Source: Octopus vulgaris (taxonomy: Eukaryota). From it: a stretch of DNA of 64,000 bases. Each line of letters begins with the position of its first letter. The stretch's first letter is position 1. The stretch covers positions 44,578,001 to 44,642,000 of the forward strand of contig OX597834.1 of the NCBI GenBank assembly GCA_951406725.2, written 5' to 3'. The notes under the pieces were generated by a model. That model had not been told where the DNA came from. It saw only the letters and a list, made by a program, of their open reading frames with translations, and ran no database searches. This document shows, one piece after another, positions 1-12,404 of this stretch. Both the position numbers and the translations under genes were made by a program.

Positions 1-229
1 TTGTTTACGATTGCCCTTGTCAGCTCTCTCTTGGTTTCTTCCATAATCCAGTCTCGGAGAATTTGTCACACACACACACACACAGACACACACACACAGA
101 CACACACACACAGACACGCACACACAGACACATATTTATGCATAACACCTTCGGTGAGTGCCTTGTGCTATATCCTCAGGCTAACTAAACCTTGATAGTG
201 GATCTCTTAGCGAAATCTGAAAGATGTCC

Positions 230-449
<220 letters not shown>

Positions 450-595
450 GTAGACACTTTAACGTGTCCTTATGATTAATATAATTCCAATTCTATGGCT
501 ATAGGACGCCGATTTAGGCCTTCAACCATCTCTACATAATGTCGTTGTTTGTATCAATATTTCTATTGCCTTCCATAATAATAACAATATTAATA

Positions 596-680
<85 letters not shown>

Positions 681-1786
681 CATGTATACATATATACATA
701 TATATATACATACATACATGCATACATACATACATGAACACCATGTATATATATAAATGTGTGTTTTTTGTGTCTGTGTATGTCCAAGAAAAATAAGTAC
801 TGGGTCGATTCTTTCTACTGAAGCAAAATAAATGTATATATTTATACATGTGTATGTCTGTTTATGCTTGCGTGTGCGTGTGTGTGTGTTTATGTATGTG
901 TGTGTGCCCATGTACACTTCTTCACACCTGGAGATATAATTTCTCAGACTCCAAGCTAAAGGAAGACAATAAATTGTATATAGACCTGACAGCTAAATAA
1001 ATATTACATAAGCCTGATCCGAATGGAAAGCAATTTAAAATCTTATGTTTTTAAACGGACTAAAAAAACAACACACGCACATATGTATATGTCTAAGTAT
1101 AGTCAAACACACACACACACATATGTATATGTCTATGTATAGTCAAACACACACACATATATAGACATGCACACACTCCTAACTGTAATAGAAGTACTTA
1201 AAATAGCTTTTTAATCAAGCGAACTCTTACATCATTAGATAATAAGAACGGGAATAAAAATATTTATAAAAATAGTGAAAGCGAATAACGAGAATAAGGA
1301 GAGAATCTGAAGTCTGTGACGGATAAGTATTGCATAAAAACACATTGAAAGGAAATAATAGACCGAAAGGAAAACACACTTTACAATTGTAAGTGTTCGT
1401 GGTGTCGTCTAAATTTAACACCTGCAATCTGCAAATGGAAATGAACACACAAACACATTCACATGTATATATATATATATGTATGCAGGTATCTGCACAT
1501 GCGTGTGTGTATATACATGTGTGAGTGTATATTCGTGTGTGTGTGTGTGCATTTATGAAGTGTTTGGCGACTGCTATGTAAGACATTTGCCCCGCATGTT
1601 TTTCATTTTCGAATATATCTGGGAACCAGCTGTTTATTGCGACGATCCGTTTCGCAGCTGAATAAATTAGAACGCGCTGCGAATTGATTCCCATCTCCCG
1701 AGTAAGGACATACAAAATTAAACGCACACATGCACACACACACACACACACACAACACAAACACACACACACACGCACACACAAAC

Positions 1787-1821
<35 letters not shown>

Positions 1822-1989
1822 CACACATGCACACGCAATTACACACGCGTCCATACAAGCATCATTCAGATACACAGGTGTGATCAGGTATAAACACACA
1901 CACACACAGAAACACACACACACACAGACAAGTGTGCACCTGTGCGTGTGTGCACCTGTGCGTGTGTGCACCTGTGCGTGTGTGCACAA

Positions 1990-2215
1990 CTCTTACTCTT
2001 TTTACTCTTTTACTTGTTCCGGTCATTCGACTGCGACCATGCTGGAGCACTGCCTTTAGTCGAGCAAATCGAACCCAGGACTTATTCTTTGGAAGCCTAG
2101 TACTTATTCTATGGGTATCTTTTGCCGAACCGCTAAGTTACGGATCGTAAACACACCAGCATCAGTTGTCAAGCGGTGTTGGAGGGGCCACCACAGACAC
2201 ACATACATATATATG

Positions 2216-2268
<53 letters not shown>

Positions 2269-2418
2269 GAATGCCTTCTTTCAGATTTCGTTTACCAAAT
2301 CCACTCACAAGGCTTTGGTCGGCCCGAGGCTATAGTAGAAGACACTTGCCCAAGGTGCCACGCAGTGGGAAGGAACCCAGAACCATGTGGTTGGTAAGCA
2401 AGCTACTTACCACACAGC
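1990..2418 (-). mobile_element. tRNA-derived SINE, family A (CORE-like; resembles Octopus OR-type SINE), with internal (TA)n expansion
   Basis: Reverse complement has A-box-like GCTGTGTGGT, a degenerate B-box region, CORE-like CACCTTGGGCAAGTGTCTT, an internal microsatellite and an (AAGAGTA)n tail. The same sequence recurs more than 10 times in the window. Confidence 0.88.
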
Positions 2419-2489
2419 AATAATGCAAGTATATATTTATAGTCTTACATTTTTAATTCTCTCTTCGTCATTTACATTATATTGATTTC

Positions 2490-2630
2490 AATTTTCGGCA
2501 AAAGGGCAACAATTCCGTGGGAGTAAGTAAGTCGATTACATAGATGCCCGGGGATCAATCGGTGTGTATTTTATCGACCTACGAAAAGATAAAAGAGAAA
2601 GTCAACTTTCCTGGGATTTGAACTCTGAAA
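2490..2630 (-). mobile_element. SINE family B fragment, diverged
   Basis: TTTATCGACC...GAAAAGATAAAAGAGAAAGTCAAC...GGATTTGAACTC matches the family B copies at 14013-14452. Confidence 0.65.
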
Positions 2631-3108
2631 AATCATTAACATTATATTATAAAACGTTACATGATAAAATCTTCCGCTAGGGATTCTTGAAAAGGCCTTC
2701 TTTAAAGGGCTGTAGGCCCTATTTTCATCGGTAATTTTTGTGTTGTATTAAACCTGAATTTCCAACCATTTCCCAGTAGTTCATCGTTCGATAATATTAA
2801 ACTATTTAAATACAAACCTTGAATCTACTACACTCTATATAAATTCCCTATTGAGAATGACCAACTTTAAGAGAATCTTACATTGCTTATAAACTTTACA
2901 CCTGGATGGACTCATATTAAACTCTGTTGGACTTTTGGATTTTACTCAAAGGATATTGGAATATTACACATATATACCATTATGCCTATAAAACGGATTT
3001 ATGAACTCAATACCCATACACATCTTACATCTATTTTCTTTCCTCCACCTCACTCTCTATTTTGTATCACATCGAAACTAACTATGACTTAACTTTTCCT
3101 CTCACACC

Positions 3109-3148
3109 GTCTCCGATGAAGGGATATTATTAGAAACAGCTGTAAGAC
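3109..3148 (+). ncRNA. Minimal type I hammerhead ribozyme motif (Penelope pLTR type), degenerate
   Basis: GTCT (stem I) - CCGATGA (CUGAUGA with U4>C) - degenerate stem II - GAAA - CAGCTG (palindromic stem III) - TA (GUA cleavage triplet) - AGAC (stem I'). Confidence 0.6.
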
Positions 3149-3209
3149 CTTCTATCTAAAAATGCTCTATCTATACAGCCTTGGTTTATTTTATCTCATT
3201 ACGCAAAAA

Positions 3210-3271
<62 letters not shown>

Positions 3272-3425
3272 TGTATGTATGTATGTATGTATGTATGCAT
3301 GTATGTATGTATGTAAGTATGTATGTATGCATGTATGTATGCGTGTGTACGCGGGTATATATCTATATATATTCTTTTATTTGTTTCAGTCATGTTATTG
3401 TAGCCATATTGAAGCACCGCCTTGT

Positions 3426-3482
<57 letters not shown>

Positions 3483-3489
3483 TATATGG

Positions 3490-4388
3490 GTACAGGACGC
3501 CATCAACTGTGTAAACAACATGAAGTACGAAAACAAACGAGTTATATACGTAAAGAACGAAAGAAAAATACAAAACAGGACAAGTAACACAGAGAACTAC
3601 CCTTCATCAGTTGCTGGCATCTATTCCTCATTTCGCGTAGTCAACGATGATATGAGTCTTTGAAGACAGTTGCTCCTATAAACTCCAAAATAAAATTTGG
3701 GATTTATGGAGGATCAAATTTGAGACAAAAACAGGAAAGTTGAGACATACAAGGAAACCGAACAAAAACAAACATGGAGGGTCGTTAGACCAGAACAAGA
3801 GGAAAATAGTGAACGCTGGGAGAAATATTTTCTTTCAAAAGAGAAAAGATAGAAGAGAGAGAAAGAAAAACGTCCAGTCCTTAGAACGTTGTGCAGGAAA
3901 AGAAAGATGATCACGTGTTGAAAAAAAGATGGACGATGGTCACGTGTGAGCAACAAGAGAAAGGAAAAGAGGTGAGAGAGAGAGAGATAGAAAACGGTGA
4001 GGGGAAGCAGAGGGAATTAGAGATGGATGGGTGAGAAGACAGTATAGAGTAGAGTCGCATAAGAACGGTAAAGATAAACTTAGTTGGAAATGGTGGCGTG
4101 ACATTCAATTAAATAATAATATAAACAATAAATCCTTTTCTAAATCTCTAATATGAATAATAAATCCTTCTCTAATTCCCTTTTTCTCCCCTTTCTCTCT
4201 CTCCCCTTCTTTCTCTGTTCCATCTCTCTCTCGTTGCTCGCTCGTGACCATCGTCCATCTTTTTTTTCTCATCTGACCATCTTTCTTATGCTGCACGACG
4301 TTCTAAGGACTGCTCTCTCTTTCTTCTAGCCTCCCTCTTTTGAAAGAAAATATTTCTCCCAGCGTTCACTATTTTCCTCTTGTTCTGC
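3490..4388. repeat. Unclassified interspersed element with a diverged inverted duplication (arms ~3791-3990 and ~4190-4388)
   Basis: CAGAACAAGAGGAAAATAGTGAACGCTGGGAGAAATATTTTCTTTCAAAAGAG at ~3791 has its exact reverse complement ending at ~4387; similarity continues, with indels, for ~200 bp. The element starts at the edge of a (TA)n tract. Confidence 0.75.
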
Positions 4389-5128
4389 TTGAAACAAAGA
4401 TAGAAGAGTGCTTGTTTAATTCTTAAAGTGTTTTGTTTCACCTCGTGTGCATTATTTTCTTGGTTTATTCGAGATTTGATAAAACAACTATTCGTAATAG
4501 AATAAGATACATATTTGCAGTGATATTAAAAAATGAGCAGGTAATTAATGCGTAGATATTAAAGTGGAGATTATTCATAGAAGTTCGCACCGTTGGTCCA
4601 ACCTAGCGGTGGAAATTCAGATGAAGGCAGAAGCATCAAACACCCTTTCCAAATAGTTGAAGGGAATCTAACGGCGATGCCCCTTCATGGATACGGTTTC
4701 CGAGCTGAAACTGTTAAAGAGGATAGATTCATCTCGACACTTAACGGCATCAAGTATCTTTTCCTCTTTACTGTCCCCTCAATCATAGGCAAAATCGAAC
4801 AACCGAGATCGAACAACTGACAAATCACAGAAAATAATTGCATGGAGACGCCATGAAGCAAAATAATTAATTGTTAGCATATTTAATGTATTGCACAATA
4901 AATAACTAATTAGAAATACTTATGAGGTGAGAAAAATATAATATTAGGGCGATGACTAATATTATTTTAATGATTTTCAAAGTACCAGAGACAGCTTCGG
5001 AAAATAGTTTGGTCTTAGAACTTATTAATGAAGTCAAAATTTCAATATTTCTATGCAGCGGATCGTTGGGAAGTTATGGTGTGTCGTACAAATTTAACAT
5101 GCAATAAACTACGAATCACTGAAGTTAA

Positions 5129-5358
5129 TTACTCTTTTACTCTTTTAATTGTTTCAGTCATTTGATTGTGGCCATGCTGGAGCACCGCCTTTAGTCGAGC
5201 AATTCGACACCAATAATTATTCTTTGTAAGCCTAGTACTTATTCTATCGGTCTCTTTTGCCGAACCGCTAAGTTACGGGGACGTAAACGCACCAGCATCG
5301 GTTGTCAAGCGATGTTGGTGGGGGGGGGGGCACAGACACATAAACATATACACACACA
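5129..5358 (-). mobile_element. SINE family A, 3' half
   Basis: GTTTCAGTCATTTGA...GCCATGCTGGAGCACCGCCTTTAGTCGAGCAA...GCCGAACCGCTAAGTTACGGGGACGTAAAC. Confidence 0.88.
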
Positions 5359-6039
5359 GGAAGAAGCAAGGAAGATTTTCGAGAAACGAGTATGGGATAG
5401 CGGCAGAGGAAGGCATGCTGAAATTATGGAGAGTGGTGCTAGGAATCTCGGGATAGAAAAAAGTAACAGATGAGGGATATGTTGCTAGCATAGCTAATTG
5501 ATAAGTTAGGGTTTAATCGTAATTAGGAGAAATTATAGTGATTATGTAATGAGCAAACAAGGAATAAAATTTGTGCTTACATGAAAAGATTACGTCAATA
5601 AACCTATCAAGTAGTAGGATGTTGTGGTAGCAACGAATATTGCGGGATTTCCTTGAACACAATTTACAAACTCGGAGATCAGTTTTATAGCATCACAGAC
5701 TATAGACCAGGATAACTTCTAGGGTATATTTCGAGACTTGGGGTTATGCATGTAACCAGGCAAGTAGAAAGTTTAAAGGCTCGAAATGAGAATAAATTCA
5801 TTTGAACTCGGTGGCGGCGATTGAATGCAATAACGACGCCAATGTAGACCCTAACCTGGTTGTAACGAAGTTATATTACCCGTCATTTATATACTATATT
5901 TTCCCTCCAGACGAAGGAAGCTGGTATTACAGTATTGTTACTACGCGACCATCAGCTGATTGCATATGCATGACTTTCTGCACATTCTGTCTGCTAATTA
6001 TGAATATTATGACTATTACGTAATTCCAAGGTCTCAGAA

Positions 6040-6087
6040 ATTTCTTATTTTGTTGCGTGGACCATGGACCCCGTTTGGGAAGCACTG
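6040..6087. mobile_element. Possible hAT (Charlie/Buster-type) terminal fragment
   Basis: Ends GGACCCCGTTTGGGAAGCACTG; the reverse complement CAGTGCTTCCCAAAC resembles Charlie-type TIRs. No partner TIR found. Confidence 0.35.
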
Positions 6088-6379
6088 TTTAATGCTTAAA
6101 CTAAGCCTCATCTGGGGTTTAAACTATCACGAAACTGCACACAAAATAAAGCTCCTGCGGTGATAGCCTTACTTTTATGAACTAAGAACATTTCTTTATA
6201 GAATAAATGGTTGGATACAAATGGAATATAAATTGCTCGTCTTTTTTCTTCGGGTTCTGTATAGACCTGAACATAAAGTGCAATGTGGCCTTTGTTCCGT
6301 ATTGGAGTGTTTAATGCTTGGGAGATTTGGTTGTTAATTCTGGTGAGTCGCGTGAACATGTAGAAACTCCCTCATTATC

Positions 6380-6839
6380 TCGTGTTGATATTGCTGTTGC
6401 TGTTGTGGAGTTTTAATTAATTGCAACTGGCGATGCTGCCGCTGTTGCTACTGCTGTTATAATTAAGAGAGGGGGGTGGGAAATGAAGGAACGAAAAAGG
6501 AAAATGATGCTGAGGAGAAGAGTGATGATGATGAGAATGATGAAGAGGAACAGGAAGAGGAGGAAGACAAAGAGAATGTTGGTGCTGCTGCTGCGGCTCC
6601 TTCTACTGCTGCTGCTGCACTTGAAGTGGTGTTGTCTTTCGTATTCATATTATTTGTGTGTTTCTGCTATTTCGGATATTATATTCATGACTAAATTTGT
6701 TTTTGCTTCTGCTGTTACTGCTGCTGCTGCCACTGCTGCTGATTTTTCTGGCGTAGATCAGGATGATGCTAATGCTGTGGGGACGCTAATGATAGTAGTG
6801 GTGACGGAGGAGGCCATAGTTCGGTAATTGCTGTAGGTA

Positions 6840-6880
<41 letters not shown>

Positions 6881-7265
6881 TGGGTGGAATGGAAGGTGGC
6901 TGTGGTAGTGGAGTTGGTGTTAGTGGAATTGGTGGTGGTGGTGGTGGTGGTGGTTTTGATGGTGGTGATGGTGGTGGTGGTGGTGGTGGTTTTGATGGTG
7001 GTGATGGTGGTGGTGGTGGTGGTGGTGATTTTGGTGGTGGTGGTGGTGGTGGTGGTGGTGACAGAGTGGTTTAATAATTGTGGTGGTTCTGCTGATTATG
7101 ACGGGAATGCTAATGGTGACAATGATGACGAGAACAGCGACAGCCATGATGGCGACGAAGATGGCGATGATGTTTATATTGTTATTATTCATCGGTTTTG
7201 TTCTCGTTATTGAAAATTGCCGCTGTTATTGTGGCTGTTATTGCCGCCGCCGCCGCCTCCGACAC

Positions 7266-7302
<37 letters not shown>

Positions 7303-7335
7303 ACAGATGATGTCACTGCTGATGTTGCTGCTACT
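6380..7335. repeat. Compound trinucleotide low-complexity tract (GCT, GAT, GGT, GCC)
   Basis: (GAT)n at 6841-6879, (GGT)n at 6930-7060, (GCT)n at 7267-7301. Poly-G/V/H/C ORFs here are artefacts of the repeat. Confidence 0.93.
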
Positions 7336-8799
7336 CACTACAGCTTTACAAGCCTAAATCTTAATTAATTTTAATTTTTCCATTAGCTTGATTGATCGAA
7401 TGCCTTGCAAAAGTGACATCTGGGTTTTAGATGCAATTCGGTGACGTGTCTGTGAATCCCTCACCCGCTCCCTCCCTCTCTCCCCCTCTTTCTCTCTCTC
7501 TCTCTCTCACTCTCCTATCTCTCTCTCTCTTCTTCTTCTTCTTCTTCTCTCCTTTCCTAAGGACTTTTTTTATGAGAGAAAGGGGGTTAGAAAGCTGAAT
7601 AGAATGTTCCCCCTTCCATCAGTGATGATGGGCATGCTACTGGAGTTATACGTGACCTTTTTAGGATGCCCTTCAATTATCAGAATGGAGACAACTTCCT
7701 TCTGTGATGGTCTCATATTACTAGAGGGATTCTCTCAGCAAATATCTATTCCATTTCTCCACCCATGTGCCTTCTTTGCGGATATCTCTTTCTTTTCCCT
7801 TCTTTTTATCTATTTGTTTTTCCTATTCAATATTACTCTCATTATTGTTTTTCAAATATTTCCAAATCCCCTTTTAGCGATAATATTCACAGCACGACAG
7901 CGAGTTAATAAGCAAGCATGGCAAGTTTCATTAATAAGCCTCTTGCTGTCTTGATAAATATAATGCTATCAACCACTTCAAATTTGGTGAAAGATAGAGA
8001 AATTATGGAAGCATAGATGCAGAATGTTAAACTGTTAGATTCAATGGAGATATACTATTTGTTCAAATTGGAGACCAATCACTAATTCGTATTCCATATA
8101 AGAATACTTTCATTAGTATTATCAGACTATAAATTGCAAAATTTGTAAAAGAAAATCTAACTGAAATTGCGATTAGAAAAAAAAAACAACATTAGTTAAT
8201 GACTCATATTATTGTAATTATTTGGGAAAGTGTGAAAGACATCTCTGGGCTGTTTTGCTGTTCACGCTGAAATAGTGATGAGATAATTATGGAGTCAGCG
8301 CATAACTTTATACAGGAGTTGGCTTAGGAACATAACATTACTTAGAGAAGAAATAACTCAACTTTGTTTAACAAAATTCGACTTAGACCTACAAAAGATA
8401 CATTGGATGATATTATTATTTATATCCTACACACCATGTCTAGGTTGTTGTACAAGGCAAAGAAGTAATCGAGATATTAAATACCCAACTAAGGGTAGAT
8501 ACCTTGTGTCGACGACTGAAAAGTTAAATGAGTTGCTATTCACGATTATCCCGGATGTTTGGGTAAAATATCTTGGCTGATCGAGATGACTAACTGAAAC
8601 TTGGTATTAAAGCAGATTGTTCTGATCAGAAGTTCAACTAAGGATTACGAGATAACAAACCATCGTTTTTACAGTTCTGTCGCATATTACAAGATCAAGG
8701 ACTGCATATAATTTTGTTTTAAAGGTAACATGACCTAAGATAGACTATCGTTACCCACACATTTGTTTCATAAAAGATGATCTAAGCTAAAAATATAAA

Positions 8800-8912
8800 A
8801 TAAATGCGCCCTTTTAAAGCCTAGCCAGGCTCATGGGCCCAGTTTCCCGGTTTCAGTGGCGTATGTGCTCCCCAGCTGGACGGGACGCCAGTCCATCGCA
8901 GCGTTACTCATC
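8800..8912 (-). mobile_element. SINE family C (V-domain-like), 3' part
   Basis: Reverse complement contains GCTGCGATGGACTGGCGTCCCGTCCAGCTGGGG (V-domain-like) and matches 18277-18540. Confidence 0.8.
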
Positions 8913-9374
8913 TTTCCTGTTATAACAAATATAGTCGGTGAAATTAAAATCATATTTTTGACATTCGTTTATACTCGACTATAATGAAGGACTGTAAATG
9001 GTTAAGAAAACAAACTTATTAGGGAAACTTCTGCGTGAAGCACTTCTGTATAAAATTATCTGTCAAATCTCACTTTTGCCGCAGCACACAGAAGGCCGAA
9101 CGGCACAACGGATAATACAGTCTTCAATTGGTTATGTACAAAAATTGACACCACGACCAAAGCTGGACTACCGTTGCTCATACCTTTGTTTCATAAAAGA
9201 TGATCTAAGCTAAACAAGAACAAATTAATCCCTAGTAGTGCTTCGTAAAGAAGGTGTTATTTAATGACTGTTTGCTTAGAGAAATGATGTTGCCATTACG
9301 CCAAAAATGTCTTTACCCCCAAAGGTCCACGTTTTTATTCTGACTCTATATAAGTAGATTTTCTTGCACACATA

Positions 9375-10564
9375 CGAGGGTGGGCTGGAAAGTTCATAGG
9401 CTGACACTCTTTCTGTGGAATTTTGCATGCACTAATTTCAATTCTTCTTAATTATAACTGCATTGCTTCTTTCCAGGTAAACTGCTATCTCACTCTTCAA
9501 AGAAAACTTCAAAGGTAACTGGTAGCAACAGCAGATATGACATCATTATCACTGCGATACCTGTTCCCAGCCAAGTATTTTTATTTCTGTTGGGGAACAG
9601 ATAATAGTCAGATGGGGTCGATGAACCAATTCAAAAGCCACACTCACGCACAGTAACTCTTGAGACCAAGGACTTGTGTGCTGAAATATTGTCCTTATGA
9701 AACAAGACACTTTTCCTTAATTTTGCTAGGCGTTGAATCTTGATAGCCTTTCGTAACTGCCTCAGTTTGTTGGTATACTAGTTTCCATATATGGTGTAGC
9801 CCTTTTGAACACAGTTAATAAACACAATCCCCAAAAAACTGAGGCCATCAAATTCCCTGCAGATGACCCTCACTAAAGTTGTGAGAAGAGATGTTTCCAC
9901 CGCATGGATTGTTTCTTTGTTTCTGGCTCAAAGTAATCAGCCTAGCACTCATCTTTCGTTAGGAAACTTTCAAAGAAATGAGCTGGATCTGCCTAAAAGA
10001 AATGTTAGATTTTCCCTGGTGCGCTTTTGATAATGCATCAGAAAACATTGCACCCACCGAGCATAAACGTTCGTCATGCCAAGTACATTATGCAGAATAT
10101 TCTCAACCCTATCACGCGATGTGCTAACAGCACTGGCTATTTGATTTATAGTCAACTGCTTGTCATCCATTACCTTGTTTTCCGCGGTGATGCGAGTCGT
10201 AGGACGTCCCGAACTTGTGTCATCTTCAGTCTCTCCTAAACTCAGTTGCCTACTTTTGCTCTGTTAATAAAGCTGGAACATTATCGCCCAATGTTACAAA
10301 CATGTCAGCCTGAATGTCCCTTTGAGGCTAAACCCTTTTATCTGAAGGTACTTGATAACATCCCTATACCAAATTTCGTTTATTTTCTAGAGAAGTCGCT
10401 GCTAGTTACATTTGAAGTCTTCTTTGAACAGTCAGATGTCAGTTTACCTGGAAAAGAATAATTGCAGTTTTCATTAAGAAGGGGTGAAACTAATGCATGC
10501 AAGATTCTACAGCTCTAGCGTCACTCCTTCATAATCAGCCTATGTACCTTTCAGTCCACCCTTA
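9375..10564 (-). mobile_element. Decayed mariner (DD34D, irritans-like) transposon with long TIRs
   Basis: TA flanks at 9373-9374 and 10565-10566. Termini are CGAGGGTGGGCTGGAAAGTTCATAGGCTGA and, on the reverse strand, TAAGGGTGGACTGAAAGGTACATAGGCTGA. Minus-strand translation gives NILHNVLGMTNVYARWV (WVPxxL region), LTKDEC*ADYFEPETKKQSMRW (first D), VLFHKDNISAH (second D) and PSDYYLFP. Stops, frameshifts and deletions are present. Confidence 0.9.
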
Positions 10565-11679
10565 TACTTATACATAAATACACGTAACACTGAAGCATAT
10601 CAATCGTCAGATAAAGGTTTTACAACCCGATATCTTTGATGGCGATGCATTTAAAACAGATGGCAGAATATAGATCATTGATATGAAAAGCTTATACTTT
10701 GGTGGGTCCATATTTTTAAGTGAGTCTGTAACTCTTGTTTGGGAGCTTATTTCCAATCTATTTTTCAAATCTCCTACTTCTCTATTCTCACAACACACAC
10801 AAATATACGTATATATAAGGGCATGCAAATATATCGGCCCGCTTGTCTGTTTATCTGTTAACTTATTTTAATTGGATAAGCTATAGACGGGTTTGTGGTC
10901 GAGAAATCTTAGAATTAGTGAGAACAAATTGAAACTGAATGTAGCCACCTCAATATTTCAGTGAACTCGTCGCCCTTCAGCAGAATTCTTATCTTGATAA
11001 AATATAATTGCAAGGGATCTCCCTTCCCCAACTCATAGCAATGTATCCTAATAGTTTATAACGTAACCGATATCTTCTGCCTTAATATATCTGCCTAGCT
11101 ATATAACAGTAATGTTTCTCTGATTATCATTCACACACCATAGATGACTTATCATATCTAGATCTCTGACGGATGTATTTTTAGTGAAAATAATATTCTG
11201 TAGTGTTTTAACGTCAGTTACTCTCATTAAAAAAAAAGTGGGGAAATGTATTAATTCAAAAACATTGAAATCTTAATTGGTTTTGATATTGGTGAATATG
11301 AGCTCGTATCTGTCTTCTTTTATATAGAATATTTTCATCTGTTAGAAAAGAAAATATTTTCAGAAAATTAAAGCACGCAACGAAAGAGAATATTACTGCC
11401 AAAACTGTCTCAAGAGATTCCAAGATTATTAAATCAGCAAAACGTTTCTCTTGTTACAGTGTTTTGTGAAATATCATTTGGGAAATTTCAGGATTTGATA
11501 CAATGAGTCACAAACAGGGGTTGGGTAAATGCTATCTGATTGGCGAAAAAGATAAAATAAATGAAATAAAAGGCAGACAATTACATTTATATCAAGAATG
11601 ACAACGACTGCGAACGTAAGCAGTTAAACAGTATTCATTAATATGGCAATAATGATAATTTTAATTATTGTTTCTTAGA

Positions 11680-11775
11680 TAATAAGGGCCTGAAATTTGA
11701 ATGAGGGTGCTAGACAATAATATTGGCCCCTAGTACTTGACTAGTATGCATTTCATCGACCCTGAAAGAATGAAA
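11680..11775 (-). mobile_element. SINE family B fragment, diverged
   Basis: GGCCCCTAGTACTTGACTAGTATGCATTTCATCGACCCTGAAAGAATGAAA matches the family B core. Confidence 0.55.
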
Positions 11776-12056
11776 ATCTGAAGTGGGATGATGATGATGA
11801 TGATGACGACGACGGTTGTGGTGGTGGTTTTGATGATGATGATCTTGATAATGATATTCGACATTTGATAGTTACAGGCAAATCTCTACTGCATCACCTG
11901 CTACACCTCCGTGTAGATGTGTGCAGCTTAGATGTGTGCAGCAGTGTATGCTCTTGTTTATGTTGGTCATATTAGGTTTACATATATATTAAAAAGGAAG
12001 TTGGGCGCTGAATCGTAGCAAACTATTATTGAAAAAAGAAGGAGACAGACAGCTAC

Positions 12057-12093
<37 letters not shown>

Positions 12094-12094
12094 C

Positions 12095-12153
<59 letters not shown>
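12057..12153. repeat. (AGAT)n/(AGAC)n microsatellite
   Basis: Directly visible. Similar tracts at 32655-32740, 38570-38658, 44382-44450, 51260-51336 and 56837-56910. Confidence 0.97.
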
Positions 12154-12155
<2 letters not shown>

Positions 12156-12404
12156 CACGCATGTCAAAAAGAAGAGCAACCGCTGCTTTGTAACACAACT
12201 CTCTCGTTACTGCCACTAGAGTATGCTCAACATTAACCTTCCATTGTCCGACCCCATTCATACATCATTGATCGGTGCAATGGTAAAGTAGAAACCATTT
12301 ACCCACGTTGTTGAGATTCCACGCATTGGGACTCTATGCCCAAAATACAATGCCAGGATTCGAACTTGTTAATCAAACACGCATTGCTTCACTTATGCAT
12401 CTGT

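Noticed and set aside
3595-3680. CTGATGAAGGG on the minus strand as a hammerhead core
   Set aside because: No downstream GAAA or paired stems could be identified.
5508-5513. Isolated TTAGGG hexamers
   Set aside because: Single occurrences, with no telomeric array.
7604-7954. 116-aa hydrophobic ORF resembling a membrane protein
   Set aside because: Hydrophobicity follows from T-rich composition; no homology or exon structure recognised.
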